A stretch of 64,000 nt of DNA. Origin: the human T2T-CHM13v2.0 reference genome, Homo sapiens. The stretch lies in assembly GCF_009914755.1 (NCBI RefSeq), contig NC_060931.1; one strand, 5' to 3'. A program made the position numbers and the translations under genes. Position 1 is the first letter of the stretch. The number at the start of each line of letters is the position of its first letter. Shown one piece after another: positions 16,428-31,289 of the stretch. The notes under the pieces were generated by a model. That model made no database searches. It was not told where the DNA came from and was given only the letters and a program-made list of their open reading frames with translations.

Positions 16428-16631
16428 CAGCAATCTGCTGGAGCCAGCTGCTACCAGCTTGGAGAGCAGATGGTTAAATTTTAGGGATTTTGAGCCAGTT
16501 CTGAAACTGTTGGTAGCTTGAAACCCCTCACAGTGGGAGTATTTACACCATGGAAATTGAAAAAGGACTCAAACAGCGCTGCCCCTTCCCTCCACCAGGC
16601 TGGTTATTAAACATTTACCAGCATACTTCTG
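16428..16631 (+). mobile_element. MER63-like hAT fossil
   Basis: tgctggagccagct...ttggtagcttgaaa...gtgggagtatttacaccatggaaatt...taaacatttaccagca. Confidence 0.75.
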
Positions 16632-16726
16632 ACAAAGAGGTTCCAAACGCTTCATAGTTCTCATCCATGTTGAGGCCCAGAGGCATTATCATGTCTGACA
16701 GACCTTGGATTATAAGTGGCACCCTA

Positions 16727-17370
<644 letters not shown>

Positions 17371-17371
17371 C

Positions 17372-19235
17372 TTTTTTCCTTCTTTCAGACAGGGTCTCGA
17401 TCTGTTACCCAGGCTGGAGTGCAGTAGTGCAATCATGGTTCACTGCAGCCCTGACCTCTTGGACTCAGCAATCTTCCCGCCTCAGTCTCTCAAGTAGTTG
17501 GGACCACAAGCATGCAACAGTGCAACCAGCTACAATTTGCATTTGTTTTGTAGAAACAGGCTTTTGCCATGTTGCCCAGGCTGGTCTTGAACTCCTGGGC
17601 TCAAGTGATCCTCATGACTCGCCTCCTAAAGTGGTGATAGCAGTGGTGGCCCATCTGGAGGAGCCACTGTGAAGATGCCGGCTGCAACAGGGAGGCAGGG
17701 TCTGGGTTGCGTGCTTTGCGAGGCTGGTGGGAGCCCCACCCCCTACCAAGTTGGCAGGGTGGGAGCCCCATGCTCCCAGGCACAGCTGCAGCTGCTCTGG
17801 ACCTGGGCATCCCTGCACTCTCAGGAGCCCAGGAAGCCCTTGCCCCTACAGGCTTGGAAGTGCCTGCTTCCTGCTCCCTGACCTCTTCCCGCTTCCCAGC
17901 ACCTGCTCCAGTGCAGAGCAAAGTTGTGGCTGAGCCCAGGTGCTATTGCAACCTGGCTGGGTGTGCACATGCTTAGGGTGGTGCTGACACACCAGCCCCC
18001 TGCCGCCTCGGGCTTCTCCAGACTTTGGGCATCAATGAGCACAGGAGGGAGGCTGGGAGGGCTGAGGGCAGCTCAGTGTGGGCCTGCCAGTGCCCCCCAA
18101 GATGAAAAACCTGGACATCATGGATGGCACGTTGATGGCAGGAGGCAGACAGTTTCCTGGGCGGAAAGGAGCAGGTCCCCAGTGAAACCCCACCTTCAAG
18201 CCAGGAATGGCCGGAAGCCCGGAGGCTGGTCTGCTAGTTCCGGGTGGAGTACGCAGCCCAGAGTGAGAACTTATGGTGCTTTTTCCAGGCTTGCCCATGA
18301 CCCGATCAGCACACACTTCCTCCCTTCTGAGCCCATAAAAACCCCAGACTCAGTCAGACTCACACAGACGTTAGGACTACCAGCTGCAGGAAGGAGCTAC
18401 CAAGTTTGGGCCTCCTTGACTCGTTGGGATGACCTGCCTGCAGCAGAAGGGAGCTACCCACTACAGGTCTCCTCTCTGCTGAGAGCTGGATACTCGTCAG
18501 GATGACCTGCCTGCAGAATGGAGCTACCCACTTTGGGTCCCCTGAGAGCTGTTCTGTCACTCAATGAAGCTCCTCACCACCTTGCTCACTCTCCAGCTGT
18601 CCATGTATCTCACTCTTCCTGAACATGGGACAAGAGCTTGGGACCCGCCAAATGGTGGGACTGAAAGAGCTATAACACAAACAGTGCTGAAGCACACCCC
18701 CAGCCCCCACCATTTGCAAAATTGCAGGTGATGAAAAGGAGAGAAGAGCTGCAGCCCTTTGGGGAGTCCAGACCTAGGGGCTCCCTGAGCCAGGACTGTG
18801 ACACTCTCTTTGGGGCTCTGCAGTTCCTGGCATTTCCAAGCTTCCAGGCACCACGTTTCTTGGTGACTGCAGTGGAAGCCATTTGCAGTACGCCTGGTCC
18901 AGCTGCAGCCTCGCACAGAGCTAGTGCCTGTGCCAACGCCTAGAGCTGCCCATCCCGCCACAGCTGGCACACCTGGCTGTGTGCAGTGGCTGGACCCCAT
19001 GCTTGCTCACACACCCCTTTCCTCTCTGCGCCTGGCTTGTGCTTGGAAGGCATGGGATCCAGGCCAGTAGCATAAGCTGAGTACAGTGTGCAGGGCCAAG
19101 TGGTGGAACAAGCCCAGCAGCCCGACCAAAACTCAGGCAAAGGTGCCACCAGCCACAGAGGTTTCCGGCTGGAAAAGCAACACCGTAAGGATCGTGTGAC
19201 ACTGGGATTACAGGCATGAGCCACTGCACCTGGCC
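17372..19235 (-). mobile_element. AluJ split by the MER52 LTR (parts 17372-17634 and 19202-19235)
   Basis: ...cctcctaaagtg [LTR] ctgggattacaggcatgagccactgcacctggcc. Confidence 0.88.
17635..19201 (+). mobile_element. MER52-type ERV1 solo LTR (~1.57 kb)
   Basis: TGATAGCAGTGGTGGCCC...CCACAGAGGTTTCCGGCTGG...GATCGTGTGACA with TG/CA termini; GC-rich; internal gatgacctgcctgcag..ggagctaccca repeats. Confidence 0.85.
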
Positions 19236-19837
19236 AAATTCCCACTTTTATGTTAGCTTCTATTGGCTACTCATTACTTGGAACCAACTTCATGAAACAT
19301 GCAAAAATGTGTACGTGTCTTTATATGCCTCTTCCTCAGGAGAAAGGGACTAGTGGTCAGAGAACAGTGAATCAAAAATAACAGATGAAGCTTAGCTTTG
19401 AGATAAATGTCACTGAAAACGCATTATAAAAACAATATTGCCTAATGCTTACATTCCCACAAGCCTCTAGGAAACATACACAAATTATACCTTTATCTTA
19501 AAATCAGTGCCTATTACATTGCTACTGTCATTCCCTTATGTCTCTTTGAACTGAGGTTGGATTTCACATGCTGCTGGAAAGTGCAAAGTACCAGGATAAG
19601 TATAGGGGCAACTACTGTATTCATTGAATAATCAACCACAGTCTAGCAGGCCCTTGAAAGAGCATGTGAAATGGACATAGCCTGCTCTCATAGAAGCTGT
19701 CCAGGGAGGAACTGGCACTAGACACAGAGTGCAAGCAAGGCCAGAGAAAGTAGTGGTTCCTCACACAGCAATACCTAGGGAGGCACTGAGCCCCAAATTA
19801 AGAGAATGAAACCAACTGATAGAAAGTTTCCTGTGGA

Positions 19838-19998
19838 GCAGCGGTTCTCACCGTAACCGTGCATCAGCACCAGCTGGAGAACTTGTTAAAACAGGTTGCT
19901 GGCCCCTGGGTGTGAAATAGGGACCGACAATTTACATTTCTAGCAAGTTCCCAGGTGATGCTTGTTCACCAGCCATACTTTGAGAACCACTACTCTAG
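19838..19998. mobile_element. MER5A
   Basis: cagcggttctca...catttctagcaagttcccaggtgatgc...actttgagaaccact. Confidence 0.8.
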
Positions 19999-20078
19999 AA
20001 CTTGCCACTCAAACTGTGGTTTTTTGACTTGTAGTATCAATATCATCTGGAGCTTCTTAAAAATTAATACTGGAATTA

Positions 20079-20405
<327 letters not shown>

Positions 20406-22039
20406 AATGCTGGGTAATGAGCATGAGTTACTTTTAGGATTTGGTTGGTATGAAATGACCCTTCAAAATCTGGCTATGCTTGGCTGAACTGATCATAGCT
20501 GCTTTAAAGATGAACTCAAAAGATCCACTTAAGGTGCAGATGCCTGTGACTCCATCCCCACCCTGAAGAACCTACCAGTGCTCTTCACACCCTTTTTATT
20601 ACAATAGCTGGACATGGCTAGCCCAAGATGGAGTTAACGTTATATGGTGAAGGTTAAACTCTCACCCTGTCATCTACTCCTGACCTTGCTAATTATCACA
20701 ATGCCAAGTCTGTGACAAACATATCTTCTGTGTCTACCTCCCTCAGCCTTGCAGCTTCAGGTCAAATGAACCTGCCCCTCAAAGCATTCCCAAATATGAC
20801 CAGTCTGTGATAATCTGTGAACATCCCGCAGTGTTTGCTGAAGGCCACACCCTGGAATTCTGTGCCATTCACGTGGCATCAAATCTCAGATCACTTTGAG
20901 TTACCTCTCTCCTACTATCTTCTTATATTATTCTTAAAATTTCCATTGCTCAATTTTCTTCTTCCTGCAACCAGACTAAAATCCCTTTGAAGCTTTGAGC
21001 TGCTTCATGTACCCACAGAGTCTAGAACAAAGTAGATATTCAGTAAACTCCTGTTGCTTTATTGGTTGATAATCTTAAAAAGATATATCAGGTGCTCTGA
21101 AGAAAGGCAAAAAATCCTCTTCCACTGTCCCTTAGAAATCAACTGTTAAAATGGTAATTTTGCCTGTTCTATAAGTCTCATACTGCAAATACAGTAAAAA
21201 ATACTGGAGAGCTGTCAAAACATAAGCTAAAAAAAAAAAAACTTCTTGTTATTCTATACATTTCATTTTGCTAATCAAGAGAAAACTAGCTATATATAAC
21301 TGGTTTTTAAAAACTGGCTTTTTCTGCCTTTTCCCCAGCTCAGGGAAGCTGCTCCTCCTGAGTTTATAAGAATGAGGAACAGTAAGGAAAGGTAAGGAAG
21401 GCAGGAAGTCACTGTGCTACCAAAAGGGTGTCCCTCGCAGACCTCTCCATCAGGTGGCAGAGGAGTGAGTTCCCGAGACCACTGTCTAAATGTGCCATTT
21501 CCCCCTACAAAACCAAAATCCAACCCCATTCCTTTTTCTAGGATGTTAGCTTTGGGAGTTCTTCGGAAGTCATCCAATCTAGACCTCATATTGAAAAAAT
21601 GAGGAAACTGTGGCCCAGAGAGGTGATGTAACTTGGTACATCCACACTGAAAGCCAAGAACTCCAGCTCCCAGCCCAATCTTCTTTCAACTATGTCATGA
21701 TTTTATTTCATTTCACTATTTCAGGGACAAAAAAAGGCATTTCAGAATGTTGCTTTGTTCCAGCCTACCTTCTACTTTAGTCATTCATTCAAAATTCAGT
21801 TATTGATCACTCATTACAGGCCAGGCACACAGTTCCCAGTGCTTATGACACAGCAGTGTACAGACAAAGATCCCTGCCCTATCCAGCTCGCACAGCAGGT
21901 TCCTTCTGCTGTGTAGTGGCTGGGAGAGGGGAAAAAGGAAGAAAAAATAACTGAGACATAGAGAGGAAAGGAGGGAAGTGATCTCTGTTCTATTTTTCTT
22001 TTCTAGTTTATGATTTTTCATATTTTTATATATATATTA

Positions 22040-22730
<691 letters not shown>

Positions 22731-22854
22731 CATCATCTTAAAGTTTCTATCAAAAGGCACACATCATCTTTGGAAGGATTATGTTAAAAAATGCAAGGTT
22801 TAGGGAGAAATAAATCCTGTCCCCATTTCCAACCTTTTCTAGGAAGTTGTTTCA

Positions 22855-23136
<282 letters not shown>

Positions 23137-26100
23137 TCATATTAGTTACAAACAGAGCCAAAAAATAAAAGGCCTTGGGAATACCCTGATTTTTAAGTCT
23201 TCACAATGCAGCTCAAAAGTCTCCATGGTGAGTTTCAGACTGTGTGGCTTATGCCAATCTATTCCTGGTGCTCACGTAATAGGGCAATCATCTTGAACCA
23301 GGTATTCAGCCAATCATCATCCTGAACATCCTAAGCCTGCCCATTTCAACAGGCACAGGCGGCTGCCAGCATTCACCAATATTGAACACAGCTATTTACG
23401 AGCCCTACCTTCAAAAGAAACTTCACCTAGAAGCCTAAGATAGAAAGCAGGTAAAAGGGAAGATCTTTGCCTAAAGAAAGCAGAACCCTGAGTCCCCCTG
23501 CAAGGACCCTTTGGGTTTCCTGAAACACAGTTTGATAACCTACATGGTTGCTCTAGTGGTAGAAAACAGAAAAGGATAATAACATTTGCATTTAACTACT
23601 GCATTACACTGTGGGATTTCCTGCCTGTCCCATTTGATCCTCACACTAAGACAGTGAGGTGGACACAGAAGGAAACAGTCCCATGGAGGTGCATCTCCAG
23701 CTGCTGTCAGAACTGCAGAACACACAACTTAGTGGTGCATCTTACCTTCTCCAGGCTGCAGTGGCTTTACCTGGAAAATGGGGGAGCTAATTTGAGTCAA
23801 ACTATTTCTTCCCAAGTATTTTTAACCTCAGAACACCTTCTTCACACGAACTCTTACACAGAATCATAAGCACAATAAAATCAGTCAAAGTATGTCCAGG
23901 CAAAGGGAGGAAGAGGCCCGGGACCAGGATGTGGGTAACCCTCAGAGTCTCGCCCTCCTGTGCTTCCCTTTCCCCTCCCCACGTTGTGACCCACGGCAGA
24001 GGAACCTGCAACTAGCTTCCCCATGGGGGCCTCCTGACTCTGACATTCTACGAGCCTATGACACACCCTTTGTGTGGTGGACGCTGTATTGAATTCAAGT
24101 CTCTAAGTTACACAGTGCTCTGGAGCTCTCAAGGGAGAATTTTATCAGCTGCAGGAATCATTTACATTTTAAACGGGGCAGCTGAAAGCAACAGCAGCCT
24201 TAGATCTTTCTTTTTTTAACTCAAGACCCAGCTATATCGACTGAATGCAGCCCACAAAGCTATTCTGTATTGATTTCCCATAATCGCTAAACCTCAGGTA
24301 AGAGCTGAAACCCGTGTGACACACACACTCACTGGTCAGGTGACTTTGGGTCTGCACAATTCATGTTAAGGTGTTGCTCTGCACTGGGATAATGTCATTT
24401 TACTTGATAAATATTTGCAAACTGAAAACTAATTATATCCAGAGGTTTTCAAGAGACTCTTGAATTTTTCATGGCAAACTGACAATAAAATATACTCAAG
24501 ATTTTCCCTCTATGCAGTTCCCAAAAGTTATTTATTTAAAAAAAAAATGATTCTTGTAGAGCACGAAGCTGGCCAGAGCAGTAATCAAACTCTGCTCCTC
24601 TGTGCTCTTCTAAATGGAATTGACGTTTACATCTTAACATTGCACTCTATGTCAAAAAGTAGTCCAGGCATTGACCAACACTTTCCAAAACCCCTGTCCG
24701 CACTGAGTGCCAGTGGCAACTTTTGTCTTGAAAACAATGAGTAAATAGGAAAAGAATCTCAGCTTCTTAAGCACAGATTTATCATACAGGTTTTTAAAAG
24801 GGCAGAAAAAAAGTAAAAATTAGGAAATGGTTTATTTGTCTTCAAATTCATTTTTACACACTCATTTCCATTTCCCCAATTATTTACAGAACACCAACTA
24901 CATGCAAAGCATTTTGTGCTAAATGCTGCAAGCAGAAAATCAGTGAGGAGGCCCAGGCCCTGTCCTTTTGGCTGGGGAGGAAGGCAAAGGCGCGCACACA
25001 AATTCCTACGAGCCCAGGCCAGCTTCAGTGTCTCCCAGGCCTGCCTGCTTCATTCCTGAAGCATCGTGCCACTGCCTCCTGCTTTGCCCTTCTGATCCAC
25101 CCAGCCCAGCTCTGCTTTTCCTCTTTGCCGTTCCATTCCATTTATCCCCTTCTGAAATACTACAGAACTGATGGACTTATTACATGTACTGTTTATGTAT
25201 ACTATCTCCCCCAGCTAGAGTGTAAGCCCCAAGAGGGAAGGGGGATATCTTTGTTATTTAGTTCACTGACATGCCCCAAGTCTGGTATATATCAGGCATC
25301 AATAAGCCTTTTGTTGGATCGGTGGCTGAATGGATGGCTGGAGAAATTACAAAGCTCTAAGGGAGCACAGAAGGTAAAAGTCCAAAGAAATGAGGAAACA
25401 CATCCGCATGGTCCGCTAGAGGCTGTATCACGTGGGAGAAATCTGGGTTGACCTTAAAAAATGGGCCAGCCATCAAGGTACTCCAGACAGAGCTAAGGGC
25501 TTAAGAGAGGAAGGGGCATGTGAAGGGTCTCTATGGTCCAGAGAGGTCCCTGCTGTGCCATGTGGGGGAGCTGCCATGATGTCATTAAGGCACAGAACTA
25601 CAAGGGCTTAATACAGATTGCCTGATTAAAAAAATGTTGACAATTGAATCAAAAAGACCAGATGGTCTTTGCAGGAGTTCAAAATATATGCAGCCAACTT
25701 GATGTTTTTCAGGCCAAACTCGGAATGGTGAGGAAGGAAGGGGATCCCCAAGTAGCCAGATGGGCCCAATCAGCCCTCCTAAGCACCAGACCGAAAGCCA
25801 GGCAGCCAGATCCCTTCACAGGCCCCGAGCCTGGAACACATGCCCCTTGCTGCATCTTTGTCACGGGCCACAGAGCACGGGCCTCATAAGGGCTCTTCTA
25901 TGACAGCCATTCACACCTGCTCCATTATGTTTTAAATCTGGCTAATCACAACCAGGTGGGGTTGGGGAGGGGTAAACACACTTGTCTCATGTAGATAGAC
26001 TGGCTACTTAAAATCCCACTTTGGGAGCAGATCTCACAAAATCAGGAACACTTACACAAAATTTAATTAGCTCAACTTGGTAAAGTCAGCCATCTAGAAC

Positions 26101-27129
26101 ATGAACTCCACAGCCACTTTTAAATATAAAATCCACCCACCTTTACAACTGCCACATTATTAATGAGCCAGAGAAGTGGGATTTGAGGAAGCAAAAGAGG
26201 TTTCTCTAGGTACAAATATCCAAAAAGCACCTGACATCTTCATTCAGTGTGGCAAAAACAATTTAGTTCCCCAAGTCAAAATTCCTAGCTTAATTTCTAT
26301 TAGAAAAGAAAAAGAAAAAAGGCAAGTGTTCACCACTTAAAAGATGGATCTTTACAGAGACGGTGCTGGTCTCACCTTTGGTTATTAAAGTGAACTGTGG
26401 AAAGAGATGAGCAATTGGTCTTTCTGCCCCATGGCCACTCCCACCCAGCCTTTCATAAAATAAATCTGTCAGCTAGTGTGACTTCTGGGTGCCCAAGTCA
26501 CATAACAATATAAGAATGCCCAGAGCTGGAGTGTGGGCAAGCATTCTTCTAAATGTCAGCACTGCCCAGTGCTAATCAGGGGGTTTCCAAGGATCCGCCT
26601 GTCCTGAGCTTGCCACTCTCTCAGGGACCACCTGCCAGGTTAGGTTGGAGGATAGAAAACATGAGCCTCGAAAAGAACCTAGAGCCAAAGACAAAAACAA
26701 TTCCACAGAGCAAGCCCTTCATTATTTTGTGAGATTACGTCGAAAATGAAAAGAAAGATCAGCTTCATGCCGTCACTTCACCCCATCCACATTCCAGCAC
26801 ACACTATTTCTGGATATGACCCAGTGAAAGGGGAAACAGAGACACTCACACAATAGACGTTTCAATTAATGAAACACAACCATTGTGCCTTTCGTACTGT
26901 ACTCAAGATGGTGAACACAACCCTGGCACCACCAGCAAAAACCATTGTGAGATGAGTTGATGAGTCAGCCAAACTTCTTACGGTGGGAGAAGATGGCAAA
27001 GAAAATGGGATGCTTTGGAGAGATGTTTTTAGCTTTTAAAACTTTGTAGCTCTAAAGAAGCATTAATAACTATCACTGAGGGTTTTTTATTTATTTAAAA
27101 TTATATATGTGTGTGTGTGTATGTGTGTA

Positions 27130-27262
27130 TTTTGTTTGTTTGTTTTAGAGATGGTGTCTTACTATGTTGCCTAGGCTGTCCTCCCAATACCTGGGCTCAA
27201 GCGATCCTCCCCTCTTAGCCTCCCAAGTAGCTGGGACTAGAGGTGTGTGCCACCATGCCCTC
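27130..27262 (-). mobile_element. Free Alu monomer (FLAM-like)
   Basis: Single-arm reverse Alu after a (TG)n tract. Confidence 0.75.
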
Positions 27263-27604
27263 CATGTTTGTTTTTATTTTATTTTTTTACCCCAGTGTCT
27301 TGCCTGCTATTTGACTGGTTTTAGGAAATGTATTCTTAAGGTTCATATAAGTTTAAATAAAGACAAAAGAAGGTGCTGAGATCAGAGGGCAACATCCTCA
27401 ACCACACTTTAGAAGAACTGTTTTTTATTTCACTGAAGCATAAGATCTTTGGGGAGGAACAATGCAAAGGTCTGAGATCAGAAATGCATCTGGGAAAGGG
27501 GACATTATGGAAGGAAGCCCTCTGCTAAGCCATGTTCTCTTGGAAGTGAGGGAGACACTTCTGACTCCATACAAGACTGGGGACTCCTGATTCTGGAGCT
27601 GACT

Positions 27605-27736
27605 AGAAGAAAACAAAAAAAGAAAGAAAGGAAGAAAGAAAGAAAGTGGGGGGAGGGAGGGAGGAGGGAGGGAAGGAAGAAAGGAAGGAAAGGAAGGAAG
27701 GAAGGGAGGGAGGGAGGGAGGGAGGGAGGGAGGAAA
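27605..27736. repeat. Purine-rich (AAAG/GGAA/GGGA)n low-complexity tract
   Basis: Seen directly. Confidence 0.95.
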
Positions 27737-28755
27737 TCTGTCCAGTGGTCATGGAGCTTTGCTCAGCTCTCTCTGATTCCAGAATGACTTGTACTTTCCT
27801 ATTGTAAGAAATAACTTTCAGAATTAAAATTCAGCTCCCCCGACTCCCGCAACATACACACACCCCACACATCACAAATATAGCCTCCATCTGGACAATT
27901 TTACTAACAATGCTACCAGCCATCATTAACTGGTAATTTTCTATTCTTCTTGTAAATATTTTCAATGATAAAGAAAGGGGAAATAATCTACCAAAAGCCT
28001 CCCCCAAATCATGAAAGTTATATAAACTCATTGACGACAGTGAATCCATACGGTATTTCATGTAGTGGAAAACAGACAAAAATTTAAGCTAATTTGAAAA
28101 AAAAAATGAGGAAATGATAAAGACTTTAAGAAAGGAAATAATGGAGACAATATTTATTACCAAAGAAAGACTCTTTTAAAAAATATTATGTGTCAAATCT
28201 AACTTTGTTATCAAGAATTCTGTCTCTGTAAATTCTGGTATAATTAGCCTCTTGGACACCAAGTATAAGTAATGTAAACCTTAGCCAAAATCCACTGTTT
28301 TTCTGGAAAAGTAGTCTAATGTTGGATCCATTTTTTTCCTAAATAGAAGGTTCAACCATGTAAGAATGGACCTGTACCATCCATGAGCATGCATGCATAC
28401 ACACACACACATCCACACACACACACATCCACACACCATAATCCAGGAAGTTATTCCTCTGCTTCCTCAACACGCCTACCTAGAGGGAGGGCAGGATTTG
28501 GGGTAAAGTTGAGATGAGTTCTCTGATGCATCCTCAGAGAGGATACCTATTTATCAATAGGTATTATAAATATTGATACCTATTTATCCATCCTACTCTG
28601 CAACCAAAAGAGATGTTGTTAAAAGCCCTGAATACACAAGGGAAATACTAAAGAATATAAAATTGGGATGTTCCAATCGCAAACTGCAGCTGAAAGAAAA
28701 AATCCAGTGTAATTTTGGAAACTGAGGAACTCTGTGCTGGAGGATCTTATTTCTT

Positions 28756-29532
28756 TTTTTTTTTTTTTTTAATTTATTTTTTTATTGATAATTCTTGGGT
28801 GTTTCTCACAGAGGGGGATTTGGCAGGGTCATGGGACAATAGTGGAGGGAAGGTCAGCAGATAAACAAGTGAACAAAGGTCTCTGGTTTTCCTAGGCAGA
28901 GGACCCTGTGGCCTTCCGCGGTGTTTGTGTCCCTGATTACTTGAGATTAGGGAGTGGTGATGACTCTTAACGAGCATGCTGCCTTCAAGCATCTGTTTAA
29001 CAAAGCACATCTTGCACCGCCCTTAATCCATTTAACCCTGAGTGGACACAGCACATGTTTCAGAGAGCACAGGGTTGGGGGTAAGGTCACAGATCAACAG
29101 GATCCCAAGGCAGAAGAATTTTTCTTAGTGCAGAACAAAATGAAAAGTCTCCCATGTCTACTTCTTTCTACACAGACACGGCAACCATCCGATTTCTCAA
29201 TCTTTTCCCCACCTTTCCCGCCTTTCTATTCCACAAAGCCGCCATTGTCATCCTGGCCCGTTCTCAGTGAGCTGTTGGGCACACCTCCCAGACGGGGTGG
29301 TGGCCGGGCAGAGGGGCTCCTCACTTCCCAGTAGGGGCGGCCGGGCAGAGGCGCCCCTCACCTCCCGGACGGGGCGGCTGGCCGGGCAGAGGGGCTCTTC
29401 ACTTCCCAGTAGGGGCCGCCGGGCAGAGGCGCCCCTCACCTCCCGGATGGGGCGGCTGGCCGGGCAGGGGGCTGACCCCCCCACCTCCCTCCCGGACGGA
29501 GCGGCTGGCCGGGCGGGGGGCTGACCCCCCCA
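28756..29532 (-). mobile_element. SVA (E/F-like), 5'-truncated within the VNTR; SINE-R and poly-A intact
   Basis: Poly-T, SINE-R (gggtcatgggacaatag, ccctgattacttgag), GC-rich VNTR units; exact 19-bp TSD CTGGAGGATCTTATTTCTT at 28737-28755 and 29533-29551. Confidence 0.97.
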
Positions 29533-29738
29533 CTGGAGGATCTTATTTCTTACTCTTCTAGTCTTAAATACAGTGAACTTGACATATGGAGATGATGGCT
29601 GGATGGGACTGACTGACAAGAAGATGGAGAGAGGCTAAGTGGACAAGTTGAAGGGAGAACCGCCTGGAAAGGGGGATCAGTTGGCAGGTGGGTGAGTGGA
29701 TGAATGAGGAGTCCACACGACTTTTTCCATGGTTTTTG

Positions 29739-30080
29739 CATGTGTCCAGAGGTTGCCCTAGAAACCTCATACTTGAGAGTGTTGAGGTCCCAGGAAATCA
29801 TTTTCTGAGAATATAACCACCTAGTATATAATTAGTTTCATATAATTATTAAACACTGTAATTATTAAATAATATAATTATTTACATATAATTAAATTAT
29901 ACAATTATTAAATATAATTATGTATATGTAATTAAATTATATAATTATTAGATAATTGTTTATATATAATTAAATTATTATATAATAAATTATATAATAG
30001 AGGGTTATATTCTCAGAAAATGATTTCCTGGGACCTCAACACTCAAGTATGAGGTTTCTAGGGAAACCTCAGGACACATG
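29739..30080. repeat. Long inverted repeat (80/78-bp arms) with AT-rich spacer
   Basis: 29739-29818 is the reverse complement of 30003-30080 apart from 2 substitutions and a 2-nt indel. Confidence 0.95.
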
Positions 30081-30099
30081 TTTAAAATGTCATGAAATG

Positions 30100-30427
<328 letters not shown>

Positions 30428-31289
30428 TCATGAAATGGCTGAGGAATAGATGGGTTTTTATGAAAAGTTCTTACTCTTCATAGTTTAAAAAAGTCTGTAT
30501 TTTAATAGTTGCTTGTATAAAAGTTACATGATAGTAATTGTGGCTCCTAGACCTAAATATGGAAAGAACCCATCATTCTGTACTTGGTACAAGTATAGGA
30601 GATGGAGACAGATGTAACTGTAAGGGAACTAAAGGGGTAAGAGTAAGTTTGAAAAGCAGATTCAGTAGTATGTGATGTGCCAAAGACAGTTTTGGAACTG
30701 AGACCCGGAGTCACAGCAATTCTCATTAGTCAATTCTTTAAAAAAAAAAAAAAAATCCTTCTTCACAATGTTCTCCTTAAAGCTTTACAAAGTGCTTTCA
30801 TGCATCAGCTCACGTGTGTCTCACTAAAGCCTGTAATGCAGGCAGAGGGGGTATTATGATCTCTATCTGGCAAATAAAGAAACTGAGTTTCAGAGAGGCT
30901 CAAAGGCCCAAGACACTATAAAGGGAGAGGCAAAACACGAACCTAGGACCCCTCTCTCCTGGGCCAGAACTCATCCTCCTAGTTTCAGGTGGTTGTAAAT
31001 TTCAATTGACATGCATAGAGGAGTATCAGGCTAAAGGGAGGAGTGGATATTGGTGTTGAGGCCTGGAAGGATAAACAGGAGTCTACCAAGTAGATGAGAG
31101 GAGGGGAGAAGAAGGATCTTCTCAGCAAAGGACAGAAAGAGCAAAAGCACAGAAAAATGCAAGTGTGTTATTTGTTCAAGAAAAGGCAAGCAGTTCAGTG
31201 TAGCTGGGGCCTAGGGTACAAGCTGAGAGGGCAGAGCTAACAATGAGAATAGAAAAGTAAGCAGGAAATTGTATAACCCTTACGGAGGT

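Noticed and set aside
29280-29532. Repeat-spacer-like tandem array
   Set aside because: SVA VNTR; identical units without unique spacers, eukaryotic, not CRISPR
28774-29619. ORFs of 78-126 aa
   Set aside because: SVA SINE-R/VNTR translations, not genes
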